Shown here: positions 11,310 through 23,560 of the stretch, one piece after another
How positions within the stretch are numbered: position 1 is the first letter of the stretch
How the letters are laid out: every line of letters begins with the position of its first letter
Assembly (NCBI RefSeq): GCF_001194135.2
Contig: NC_068987.1
Span: 43,726,866 to 43,762,279, forward strand
DNA length: 35,414 nucleotides
Direction: 5' to 3'
Source of the DNA: Octopus bimaculoides
Lineage: Eukaryota
Translations under genes and position numbers: made by a program
The notes under the pieces: model-generated
Told to the model about the DNA's origin: nothing
Database searches by the model: none
The model's input: only the letters and a program-made list of their open reading frames with translations

Positions 11310-11490
11310 AAAGTTTATTGAAGTGGATTTTCTATGCCCAGATGCCCTTCCTGTTGCCAACCCTGTCACTTGTGTTTCCAAACAAGGTAATATTTCCCAT
11401 GGCCAGACATTGAAATGAAGAACATGATTTGTGTAACAGTGTTGTTCATTTACAACTATCACATGTTGTCTCAACAAGAGTACAAACACA
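11310..11490. mobile_element. Repeat carrying the RTE-tail motif (gatgcccttcctgttgccaacc), probable SINE-like element
   Basis: Shares the ggatgcccttcct..gccaacc motif with the RTE tails in this window, attached to a different body. Confidence 0.5.
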
Positions 11491-11959
11491 CGCATGACAT
11501 AATAATTTTGTCAAGAATTGACCCAACTGTGATTCTGTCCTGGTGCATTCATTTAAAATAAATTTTCAACCTTGCAATAGATGACCACACTTTTGGACAT
11601 AAAGGACAGCTAGCACTGTTGAAGTTCTATACTTATAAACATCCTGTGTTGGTCTTCTGATATGTGACTTATGTATACAACATGTGTAGCTTTTCAAAAT
11701 ATGAAGCAAGCACAAACTGCAGGCCAGATTATCTCTGGACACTCTCCAATACAAAACTGCCACAGCCTGTAGTTTTGGAGGTATTATGACTTGCTGTTTG
11801 ATGAGCAATTCAGTATTTCTCAAACAGTAAAGTGTTGTTCTAAGTTACAGTCCACCATTTGCTTTTTTTCAGTGCCTACAAGCACTATAAACACATGCAG
11901 CAGCAGCAACAATAATGACAACAACAATCTTGATAAACAGTTAATAAATACAATAAATG

Positions 11960-12017
<58 letters not shown>

Positions 12018-12327
12018 NNNNNNNNNNNNNNNNNNNNNNNNNNNNNNNNNNNNNNNNNNNNNNNNNNNNNNNNNNNNNNNNNNNNNNNNNNNNNNNNNNN
12101 NNNNNNNNNNNNNNNNNNNNNNNNNNNNNNNNNNNNNNNNNNNNNNNNNNNNNNNNNNNNNNNNNNNNNNNNNNNNNNNNNNNNNNNNNNNNNNNNNNNN
12201 NNNNNNNNNNNNNNNNNNNNNNNNNNNNNNNNNNNNNNNNNNNNNNNNNNNNNNNNNNNNNNNNNNNNNNNNNNNNNNNNNNNNNNNNNNNNNNNNNNNN
12301 NNNNNNNNNNNNNNNNNNNNNNNNNNN

Positions 12328-12374
<47 letters not shown>

Positions 12375-13292
12375 TATGGAAAATGGATGTTAAATGACAG
12401 TGGTGATGTATCTGTCTGTCTGTATGTATGTACATATGTATATTTGCTATGGATGAGTCTGAAAATTAGGGTTTATAAAAATTTCTGAAACGTAATGTTG
12501 AAACGATAAACTATTTTTTTTCTTTATTTGAATCTATAAAGTTGGGGATGGAGAAAGAGAGGGAGGGAGACAGATAGACAGGCAGACTGATACAAATCTT
12601 ATTTTTGGCTGTTCAAAGTGAGACTCTTAAACAGAATGGTTTTGTAAAGGTCCCAGTTATTGTTTGATAATTATCTGTACTGAAGAATTAAAGAGGATCA
12701 AGTAGAGGCTGATGCGTCTAGTTGTTTATTGGGTTTTTCTCTCTCAGTAAAGTGCCTTAACATAAATGTTACATGGATAGTAAGTTCGTCTAATTAGAAG
12801 CTAAAGATTAAAGTGCCTTGAGTTTAAGGACCTAAACATTGATACCAGTTGTAATAATCATTCTAAAAAGATGTCTTTTGCCTAAAGGTTTTGATCTTAG
12901 AGGAGGAAGCATGTACAAAGGGTGTTGTTTCAGTATTATTTTTAGTCTATCAGTTTGGGGATTGTTTATATAAATACAGCCTTTGCTGTGTATCATTACC
13001 TCCTATATTACTACCACTACCCTTAGTTTTATTTAGAGTGTTTGACAAATACACTTCAACATTAATTAAACGCACTTTTTCTCCTTCCACATTTATACTG
13101 CTTTTTATACTACTGTTTAAAAACTTTAATGATTATTTTGTAAAACTATATATGCATTTTCCTTTATTATACCATTTAGTACACCATTCCACTACCTGCT
13201 GTATGTATACCACTGGTACATGTATGTTTAACAAGAGATTAATTTTTAGCAGTGGTGGTGGGGTTGTTACTAAGCTATTTTGTACACTGTTG

Positions 13293-13395
13293 TAACCCTT
13301 TTGATAGTAACCTCCCTGAGACTGACCCTGATTTTTTGATTCAAACTTCTTGTTTAAAGTGATCTGATTTAAAACCTTTCATAAAAAGTTTATGT
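13293..13395. mobile_element. Partial MITE related to 14058-14287
   Basis: taacccttttgatagtaacc.. resembles the reverse complement of the right end of the 14058 MITE; it is cut off by the RTE fragment at 13405. Confidence 0.5.
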
Positions 13396-13404
13396 TAATA
13401 TATA

Positions 13405-13638
13405 CTGACTGGCTCCCCACACCGGTGGCACGTAAAAAGCACCATCTGAAGATGGTCAATGCCAGTGCCACTTGACTGGCTCCCATGACTGTGGCATGTA
13501 AAAAGCACACACTACACTCTTGGAGTGGTTGACATTAGGAAGGGCATCCAACTGTAGAAACCTTGCCAGATCAGATTGGAGCCTACTGGCTTGCCATCCA
13601 ACCCATGCCAGCATGGAAAACGGATGTTAAACGATGAT
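13405..13638 (+). mobile_element. RTE 3' UTR fragment with tail
   Basis: ctgactggctcc..ggtggcacgtaaaaagcacc units, ggaagggcatccaactgtagaaacc, and gttaaacgatgataat tail. Confidence 0.8.
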
Positions 13639-14057
13639 AATATACGTTTCAAATATCAACTTAATAATGGCAAAATTATTTTACTAAATTCTTCAATGTT
13701 TGCAAAATTAATTGAAACAAAAGTAGTGCATTTGAAGGGAAATATGTTAACAAAAAGATTACCAGATAACCATATTTCTGTATCAGTAGGTTGATGTAAG
13801 ATATTGACTTACAGATGGTTTATACTGTATCAGTATACCAATATTGTGTTGAGGGTGGCAAAGGTTGTGGGTACTGCCCATCATATCATAGTGTGTTGTC
13901 ATTTAAAATATAGGGATAATAATTTTGTAAAACAGTATAAAAAAATACATTATCATAATGCATTATCATAACATATTAGTACCTGTTTCAAATGGTAATT
14001 TTTAAAGCTTCTTCACTGTAACCAACTTCACATTCATATAGAGTGGAGCATGTGGAT

Positions 14058-14287
14058 TTAACCCTTTTGCTACCATATTTCTGTTGAAATGCTCTGTGTT
14101 TCTTTCAATTGATTTTAAATATAACAAAGAATTTAGTAAAATAACTTAGAAATCATTAAGCTAGTGATAGGAACATAAATTATAACTAAGGTTTGATGAA
14201 AGATTTTAATTCAAAACTTATGAAAACAAGACATTTGTACTACAGAGCCAGAGGCAGTTTCAGCTGGGTTGGTATCAAAAGGGTTAA
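14058..14287. mobile_element. TTAA-flanked piggyBac-type MITE (230 bp)
   Basis: ttaacccttttgctacca versus tggtatcaaaagggttaa: 17/18 inverted match including the TTAA target. Confidence 0.85.
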
Positions 14288-15609
14288 AGTGCCTTGTATA
14301 ACAACTGAAGTTTGAAATGTTTATTCTTGAAGCTTCAGATGCTATAGTCTTCTGTGTTGGATCCTTATTGTCTGACAGGCTTTCTAACTATGACTATCCC
14401 AAATTCTTTTATGGCCCATTAAATCTAAGATGGAATTCTCCAATATATTTATCGGTTTCAGAACAACATATGAAGTTTGGGGTGAAGCATCTATACAGAA
14501 GCTTCTTCATTGGTTACAACAACATCCTAAAATAACACTACCTCTCCCATCCTGTCATGGCAGAAAGAGAAAAAAAAGGCACTCATAAGAATAACAGCAA
14601 AATAAATAACTTTGCTAGCCCCAATTAGTGTGATAGATTACTTAGCACCAATAGAAGTTGCTGCTATTGTGGCCATCACCAAAATCTAAACATATAAATA
14701 GTCTGGACAATGGAACAGAGTATAACATGCCCAAACTACAACATTGTATCACATGCAGTTAATCACTGTATTTCAGAATGTCCAGGTCCTCAGACAATAA
14801 TATTACAAATCTGGATCTTTGGATTCATTCATAGCTCCAGATATACTTAACCTACATGCCATGGCTCTACTCAGCTAGAGCTGATTTGCAGCCACATAAC
14901 AAGTGAAAGTTCAGTAGGTATAAATACATGCTACTTTCAGTAAAAAGAAGCATCTTTGTCCCAGAACACATTAGGTGATTGTCTTACTTAAGGACAATTT
15001 GAAAGAACTAAAACAAAATAAAACAAGTCCTCCACTAATGTGAATGCCATAGAAAGCCATACAGTACATTGAGATTCTATAACACAGTACATATTTTTTC
15101 ATTCAGCTATTTTTTTATACAACCTGAATGCTTTAAACAGGACTTTTTGCTAAAGTATATTTAACTCTACAGAAATGAATTGTGCATGTATATATAGAGT
15201 GTGTGTATGTGTATGATTTTCAATGTACACTCTTGTAATTGATTTGTAATAAACATTTTTCTATTGCCTTACTTTGACATTTCTTTATTCAAGTTACTTC
15301 AAGTTTCATGCTTGTAAAGTGCAGTAATCATATAGGCTTCTATAATATACCATGCACAATTGGGCAGTTTTCAAGCTCAATGATTGCCAGATCATGCACA
15401 GTAAGCTATACAAACCTGTGCAATTACTGCACTAGTCAAACATGAGACTTGATGTAGCTCACATATAACTCCTGTATTCATTAAATGATGAACACACACA
15501 CAATCACAAACACACACACACAGTTTGCCTAAATGGAAACACAATATCACATCCAAAACTAAAAGTATTTTTAAAAATAAAAATAAATCAACTACCTTAT
15601 GACTGGGAG

Positions 15610-15845
15610 ATAACAGTTTATTTAAAGTAGCTGCCCTCTGCTTCAATCACAGCCTCAAGACAGCTCCAGAACCTGGCACATGCACTCCTCACTATGTCCT
15701 TGGGAAGACCTTAGAACATTTCCTTGATATTGGTCACCAGCTCGGCCTTGGTGTTGCAGGCAAAGCAATTGGTGTCTTTTTTAACTGCATCCCATACTTA
15801 GTAATTCATAGAATTACAACTGTGGGAATTAGGAAGGTGTTGAGG
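15610..15845 (-). pseudogene. Tc1/mariner (maT-like) transposase C-terminal fossil
   Basis: LPNSHSCNSMNY*VWDAVKKDTN..CNTKAELV, then frameshift to LPKDIVRSACARFWSCLEAVIEAEGSYFK*; a decayed WPPxSPDxNPxDYxVW motif. Confidence 0.7.
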
Positions 15846-16370
15846 TTCTGGGCCCTGATAACATACCTAAAATACTGCAGCTTTCTTTTCTTAACAGTTG
15901 CCAAAATCTCTGTTTCCATTTTCTCAAGTTCTGACTCTGTTCAGTGACCAGTTCAGCTGATCCTCTGTACTCTTTGCTGGTACATTGTTTCAATTGCTTT
16001 GCGTTTAGCAATTTGTTCTTAAGATCCAACTTTCACCTTATTTTAAAGTAATCTAAATTCAAATTTCTCATTAAAATTTCATGTTAATTTATGTTCCAAA
16101 AATCAATTTAGTCATGACTAAGTTATTTTACTAAATGTTTTATTGTTTTCAAAATAAATTGAAATAAAGAGGCTGTATTTCAATAGAAATATAGCAACAA
16201 AAGATTTAATCATAACAGAAAAATGTTTGGAGGATTAAAAAACTTGTTTAAAAGTAGTTTTGTTTTATCATATTCCTAACTAACAGTTACATAAGTATAA
16301 TATTCCAATAAATAAAAAAAATCAGAATACCAGAGTATTGGAATTCCTTTTATACTGATAACAATGGCAG

Positions 16371-17620
16371 TCAATGAGAAATGGATTTTACTTTGCCAAT
16401 TCTTGGAAGAGTGCAGTCCTTTTAAATTTCAATGTTCTTCATTGTTTTGTTTTCATTTGCAACACGGTTGAAAAACTTGACTAAGATATGTCAACACAAA
16501 AGGAAGCAATACATGCATAGTTCAGTGTTCTATATTTTGGTAGAAATCACACATCAAGAACCAAAATTCTTTAAAGTTCTCATTGAACATTTCTCTTACT
16601 CCCACATCATTTTTCAGCTTCAGAAAGTCATCTTGAAAAATCATCTGAAAATTGTTTTCAACTGACAACTTAAATGGATTTTGCTCTAAATACAACTCCT
16701 CAACATTGAATGCGAGAAAATATCAACTGAATTTTTGTATGATGACAACTGTTGCAAAATTTCATCTTCTGCAAATTCTCAAAACTCTTGTTTACCACCA
16801 GCAACAAAAATAGGACGACAGTTTTTCACACATTGCAGCATGCTTTACATTGATCTTTCACTTCCAATTTTCCAATGTGCTTCAGAAATATTTCAAGGAG
16901 TTAGTGACTTTTGTGATATCTGGATTCATTCTTAGTTGCTGAAGATTCAGTTTATTCAAAAATATCAACCAGATAGGCAAGGAACATGAGCTATTTCACA
17001 TCATTAAGCTGAGCAAAAAATTCCATCCTATTTTATTCACAGAAATAATTTAAACTCATCTCTAAGCTTAAATACTTAGTTACATTTCTCTTAAAAATCA
17101 TCAACCATTTGGATGGAAGAGAAGCAAATCATGACCTGTATCTATGTATGACAACTGCTCAAAAAGTCATGAGTTGAAAACACTCCTTTTGACAAAATCC
17201 ACAATTTGAATTGGTGTAAAATCTTACTTAGTTGAGGTAGGAGAGTTTTTGAGGTCAGTGTCTGAAGTTGGATCACACAATGAGTTCATTTCTCATTGGT
17301 GAAAGCCTATTTCTTCAAATATATACATAAACTTACAAATTCAAGATTTGTTCTGGCATAGCATGTGCTTCATCTGCACAATGCCCAACAGACATTATCC
17401 CATAATTTTCTGATTCCATTAGAGATGGAATCTGTTCCCAAATATCTGAGGCCTTGATAATTGTTTCAAGATGAGAACAAAAGAAAAATTCTTCTTTAAA
17501 TGAATCTGAGTGAAGACATCTTGTAGACACCTGGGGACACGATGTCATGTCACTCAGTCCCAACAACTTTCAATTCAAAACATCACAACAGTTTCAAATC
17601 AAGAGGGAAAAAATTCTAAT
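16371..17620 (-). pseudogene. hAT (Buster/ZBED5-like) transposase fossil
   Basis: FKEEFFFCSHLET..KASDI..CADEAHAM, THCVIQ..SKTL, IVDFVK..FNS*LFEQL, DLLLFH, and a C-terminal ..SH* near 16371. Heavily disrupted. Confidence 0.7.
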
Positions 17621-18109
17621 AGGTAGTGTCAAATAAGGCACAGACTTTCAAAAACATGACAAAGTGCCACAACTTTTCTTATTGAAAAAAAAAAAAAAAA
17701 AAAAACCATTTCATATTATCAGTCACCCTACTGCAATTTTAAATAGAGAGTGTGAATGCATTTCAGTGAGCCAACACATCTAATTCAGTATAGGAAATTT
17801 CAAAGATCCACCTGATGCATAACAGACAATGACTAATGACCAAAACTAGTTTATCCTTCCAATGCTCTCTTTTCCCACACACTGAAATGAAAGGTTGACT
17901 GAATGAAGCCCTAGTTTGATTGTGTAATCCTTGTGTATCTCACATGAAATAACACATATGTGCATATGTATGTATATACCTATGTGACCTCTGTGGAGTA
18001 ATTATGCTTAATTTCTTTTATTTTAATAATTTCAGTAAGGGAAGCAACTCTTCACATACTTCATTCCTATGATTCACAGTGATGCACAGGCTTCACTATT
18101 TTTGTCAGA

Positions 18110-19140
18110 GCATGAGTGGATGTGAAAGTAGCTTGTTTATAAAAATAGTGGCCATCACACACACATATACACAAACACATATGTTAATATGGTGGGGAGC
18201 AAACACAGACACAAACACATAAATATACACACACATATATGTGGACATGGTTAAACGATTCCTGAAGGACTCTTTGCCAAGGAAAAAACGATCCAACTGT
18301 GGGACCTCCAAGACAGTGACAGCTAGGGATTTAACAAATAATGGCCACAAGTTACATGGGAAACCTGGACAAACATGTAAAGTCATTTTTACTGCCTCCA
18401 GACTTCCTCATGTATCAAAAACCACCAGAAATTGCATCCTTGGGATCATGGCTTCTGTGCGAGAACCATTGAAACCACCTCTTAACGCCCCGTCATAGGA
18501 GTTTGAGGCTTCAATGGGCCCAAAAGTACATGACGTCAGACATGAGTTATGTTCTGTTCACTGACGGAACCAGGGTGACCCTTGATGGACCTGATGGTCG
18601 GGCAAATGGTTGGGTCTATTTTGGAGATCACCAACGTTTACGATGTCAACAACAGGGTGGAGGAGTCATGTTGTGGACTGGTATCATAGGGGACAGACTT
18701 GTTGGCTCAGTCAGGATGCCTGAAGGAGTTAATGTGATGGCAGTAGCCTACTACAATCTCCTGAAGGAGGTCTTGGATCTCTGGCTAGATAACATGCTGC
18801 TGTCACTTCTGAGGAATCTCATATTCATGCATGACAATGCTCCTGCCCACTCTGCTGGGACCACCCAAAGATTACTAGGTCTTACAGCATACAAGGTGAA
18901 AGGTTGATGGTGTGGCTGCCAGCATCTCCGGATCTCAACCCTATCAAAAATCTTTGATCCATCATTAAACAAGATGTTTCTGCTGAAGGACACCAGTTTA
19001 CATTAAAAGATGTCTTATGGGCATCCATCAAAGCTGCAGCAGAGGAAGTCCAGCTTGCTACTATTAAGAAATTGACAGATTCGATGACTAATAGGGTTTT
19101 TGAAGTTATATGTCAAAATGGCACTCATGTGGCTAAATAA
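18110..19140 (+). mobile_element. Tc1-like transposase pseudogene with DD37E spacing (TRT-like)
   Basis: VLFTDGTRVTLDGPDG, QQQGGGVMLWTGII, IFMHDNAPAH, LMVWLPASPDLNPIKNL; stop at 19138-19140. There are 110 nt between the second D codon (18833) and the E position (18946, AAA). TIRs were not identified. Confidence 0.88.
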
Positions 19141-19457
19141 TTCATTATGTCAATAAATATATTATTATGGTTTTCTGTTAAATATATACTCAATGTATGC
19201 TTAATATGTATCATTACCTTTCATTTTCTGAAAAAAAATGTCTAGATGTGCTATTTTCATTCAAAAGCTATTAGTGTGGCTTACCCCAAAACTGAAGAGT
19301 CTGAAATAAAAAAGAAAGGACATTACACAGAATAATGAAAACATAACAACGGTGTTGCCACAGTGTGCAAACCAGCTGGGAAAAGTTTTATCAAAATCAA
19401 TTCACAGAAAACCAAGATATCCTAAATTTCATTCCTAAGCTATTAACATGGTTCTGA

Positions 19458-19496
<39 letters not shown>

Positions 19497-19497
<1 letters not shown>

Positions 19498-20330
19498 TAG
19501 CAGAGATACCCAGCGTTGCTTGGGATGAAAATGGCATAGTTTGTATATATATATATTGCATTCATGTTGAAACAGGTGATACAGGAAAGTGCAGCATTGA
19601 TGACAAAACATTTGTGGAATAAATGTTAAAGCTTTGCATAAATGATAATTTGAGTTTAGCACACCAATTTTGACAGAATTATCATTTTTATAAGAATGGG
19701 ATACATTATATCTGAAAGCAGCTTGAGGTGTTGTGAAGAACATTTGTATGTGGTAATCTGTGTAATCTGGCATGCTAAACATTATTTTAATGACTCAGCA
19801 TTAAGTGCTGCAGCATGCCTTTGCTGATCTTGGGAAAATCTCATCTCTCTTCTCTCTTGAGACTCCATCTGATGTGCTTCAGAATGCCTTTGGTAATCTT
19901 GAGAAAGTCTCCTCTCTCTCTCTCTTTTCTCTTGAGACTCCATCAGATGTGCTGCAGCATGCTTTTGCTGATGTTGAGAAAGTCTCCTCTCCCTTTTCTC
20001 TTGAGACTGTATTTGATGTGTTGCAGCATGCATTTGGTGATCTTTGGAAAGTGTCATGTCCCTTCTGTATTAAGACGCCATCTGACGTGCTGCAACATGC
20101 CTTTGCTGATGTTGAGAAAGTCTTAAATATACATGCAAAAAAAACATACATGACAACACACATCTTCACTCTCTCTCTCTCTCACACACATGCATACATG
20201 TCCATGTTATATACACGTACATACATCTTTCACTTTCTGCTCTCACTTCAAAGCAAAAGTCACCTTTTCACTTTCTCCTCTCTTTCAATTTCTGCTCTCT
20301 TCAAAGCATAAAGAAATAGAAAATTTTTAT
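19497..20330 (-). mobile_element. Helitron deletion derivative (N-terminal repeats, decayed Cys region, 3' hairpin-CTAG end)
   Basis: Minus-strand QE-rich repeats, then AAFRYN..VKIG..HLCKALTF..CC. The 3' end is a hairpin (cccagcgttgcttggg, 19509-19524) followed by CTAG|T at 19500-19497. The 5' boundary is uncertain. Confidence 0.72.
19806..20122 (-). repeat. About 4.5 copies of a 69-bp coding tandem repeat
   Basis: Unit e.g. tgctgcagcatgcttttgctgatgttgagaaagtctcctctcccttttctcttgagactgtatttgatg; minus-strand 23-aa unit approximately HQMESQEKRExRLSQxQQRHAAA. Confidence 0.9.
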
Positions 20331-21332
20331 GGAAGTTAACAAACAATCATATGATCCCATATGATCGAGTTGACAAATTTCCTGCTTCAAATGAAAGAAC
20401 TTCTTTTGTCACATGCACACACACACACATTAGGTAACATTTCTATATGAATTATGTTATTTCTTGCTATGTGCACATGCAAAATTACAGCTCAAAATCC
20501 TCCTCCTCACTCAAATTTCTTCATTTTTTACTTTTACCGAATTTTTTTCTTAGCAATCTACAGAGAAAAAACAGAGAGTACAAATCTTTAAGAATTTTCT
20601 TCTTTCTTTTTTCTTAAAGAAATACCAAAATCTCCTTCCTAAACATCCACCCATCACCTCACCACTTTCAAAAACCTACAAACTCCCAATGTTTCACTTT
20701 TAGCTTTTTTGAAAGCGGGGAAGTTTCTTCAGAAATAATGTTATTTACCTGTTGTTTCTAGCATGTGGGGTTTTCTGGTGGTGCTCTAATATTTTTTATG
20801 TCTGCTATTTCAGTACAATTCTACGCATGCATGAAACATGAGACGAAAGTGAAACAGGGTATTTTTAGCTTTTTGAAAGTGGGTAGGGGATGGGTGGCGA
20901 GGTGGGGGAAGGGACATTGAGTGTTACTTTAAGATTAGATTTTTTTAAAATATATATTTCCCAGATTCGTAATCTCTGTATTTTTCTAATTGGATAAAAA
21001 AAAAATTTATAAAAAAGTTACAAATTAAGAAATTGTGGGGATGGGGGGAAAATAAAATTTTGAAAAATGTGATTTCTGAACAAAACCCTTTTACATGATG
21101 AAACAATACAGAATTTGTGATCCCTCTTAAGAACAGAAAGCACTTTCATGCAAAACCAAACAAATTGTACCCTCCCCACTTCACTATTAAACAAACAATA
21201 ACTTCCATTATGCCAGTAATCCAGTGCACTATATATCAGCTGTGCTGATTCTGTCCATAAAAAAAGAACAAATAATACAATGCAGCTGTAGGTCATAACA
21301 CCCAGGAAATGCCAGGATGCATTGCTAGTGTG

Positions 21333-21334
<2 letters not shown>

Positions 21335-21363
<29 letters not shown>

Positions 21364-21830
21364 TTTGAATCCGGGTTTTGTACCCGTTAACAGGGGTGGC
21401 CAGATCTACCTCAATGCCATAGCAATTGCCCTCACACCATCTTGCCTGGTTTTGGGTGTTCTCCCTTAAGCCAAACCTCCCAATCTCCTCCTCCACCGGC
21501 ACGCCCAGGCAGAGCTCCATCATCACAACAATCCCTATCTCTTGCAGTTATCATTTCCACATTTATTTCTGATGGACCAGCTGCCTTTCCTGTTTTCATT
21601 TCCTTCATTACCTCCACTACTTCTTGCCAACTAACCCTCTCCACTGGCCCCTTTACTACAGCAACGTCCACCCTCTGATTCCATTCATTCTCCTCATTCA
21701 TAATTCCCTCCATATGCTCCTTCCAAACTCTTCCCCTGTCCTTCTCACCAAAATTCAACCTTCCCTCATTCCCCCTCATGCACCTTCCTCCCTCTACATC
21801 TCTTCCATCATTTTCCATTGATTTAATAAA
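21335..21830 (-). mobile_element. Internally deleted RTE-like LINE (second family)
   Basis: VWKEHMEGIMNEENEW..MKTGKAAGPSEINVEMI joined almost directly to the 3' end ..cggattcaaaat(gat)n. Confidence 0.75.
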
Positions 21831-22545
21831 CCTAAACACTCTATCATTAAGAATTTGACTTTGGATACTTGATAGTTTATTTTTTTATTTGAATTAAATA
21901 ACATTGCTTTATATTTATGATTCACTTCTTTAAATATGTTTCTCAATGTCAACTTCCAGTATTGATGTAAAAATGGCAGTCTCTCACTCTCTATTTTAAT
22001 CTTTCATTTNNNNNNNNNNNNNNNNNNNNNNNNNNNNNNNNNNNNNNNNNNNNNNNNNNNNNNNNNNNNNNNNNNNNNNNNNNNNNNNNNNNNNNNNNNN
22101 NNNNNNNNNNNNNNNNNNNNNNNNNNNNNNNNNNNNNNNNNNNNNNNNNNNNNNNNNNNNNNNNNNNNNNNNNNNNNNNNNNNNNNNNNNNNNNNNNNNN
22201 NNNNNNNNNNNNNNNNNNNNNNNNNNNNNNNNNNNNNNNNNNNNNNNNNNNNNNNNNNNNNNNNNCCAGGTTTGATTTTGCTATTACACAAATATCACAT
22301 TAAAATTTTGCAATTCAACATGGGGCATCCAAAAACTATGGGCATTCTTTCACTTGAACTTGCACACTTCATCAATTTCTGTAAAAAAATTTTATATATT
22401 TACTTTTTGTGCGATGTGTTCAGCTCTATGTACGTTTGTATACATTTATGTGTGAGAGAGAGAGAGAGAGTGAAGGGGTGTGTTGTCATGTATACGTACA
22501 TACATAAATACATATGCATACATCTTTTTTGTATGTATGTGTGCA

Positions 22546-22581
<36 letters not shown>

Positions 22582-22671
22582 TGATGTCTAAGTGGAACTC
22601 ACTCACACACACGCACACATATATACAAAAAAGATGTATGCTTATTTATGTATATACGTATACATAACACC

Positions 22672-22713
<42 letters not shown>

Positions 22714-23560
22714 CTCTCATACACACACACACGTCCATTTCATCTGTATGTGTGTGTGTGTGTGTGTGTGTGCATGTGGATTTCACAATCACCAGAAAAA
22801 AGCAGAGTAATTTTCTTTCTTAATGCTCCTGGTGGCACAGGTAAAACATTTGTAACAACATTGCTTCTCTCCAAGGTAAGGCTACAAAAAAGAATTGCAG
22901 TTGCTGTAGCATTGTCTCGCTTTGCTGCCACCATTCTCCTAGGAGGACGAATAACTCATTTTGCTTTTAAATTACCGCTAAACCTGGTCACAAATGACAG
23001 TTTATTTTGTTCAGGTTCAGTAGAAGTGTTGTGCCAATGCCACCTTATCATTTGGGATGAATGCATCATGTTACATAGAGGTGTAATGGGACCTTACAGG
23101 ACCTCAGCGTCAACAATAAATCTATGGGAGGAGTTACATTAGTTTTATCAGGAGACTTCAGACAGACATTACCAGTTATTCTGAGATGAACAAGACCTGA
23201 TGAAATAAAAGCATGCATTAAGTCTTCACACCTATAGAATAAAGTACAGAAATTATCCTTCAATACTAACGTGCAAGCTTTATTAAATGGGGACCAATGT
23301 GCAAAACAGTTTTCAACCTGGCTCCTCCAATTAGGAAATGGGAAAGTACCATTTGATGGGAATGATGATATCAGTTTGGCTCATATTGCTATCATGGTGA
23401 CTTCCCCAGCTGAATTGAAGAACAGGGTATTTCCAGACTTACATAATAATTATAATTCACATAAATGGTTGTGTGAAAAGGCAATTCTTACTCCAAAGAA
23501 TGAGACAGCAAGGATTAATCATGAATTAACAAATAAGATTCCAACAGTCATTAAGGAGTA

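Noticed and set aside
11566-11880. Possible exon of a neighbouring gene
   Set aside because: No recognisable motif, and candidate splice frames hit stops.
14770-15270. Possible extra exon, and AATAAA near 15248 as the TMC polyA site
   Set aside because: All three frames after the AG stop quickly; AATAAA is common in AT-rich DNA and needs transcript data.
17960-19370. TIRs for the DD37E element
   Set aside because: Only a weak ctgtgg/ccacag match; not supportable.
19806-20122. CRISPR-like array
   Set aside because: There are no unique spacers; it is a contiguous coding tandem repeat in a eukaryotic Helitron.
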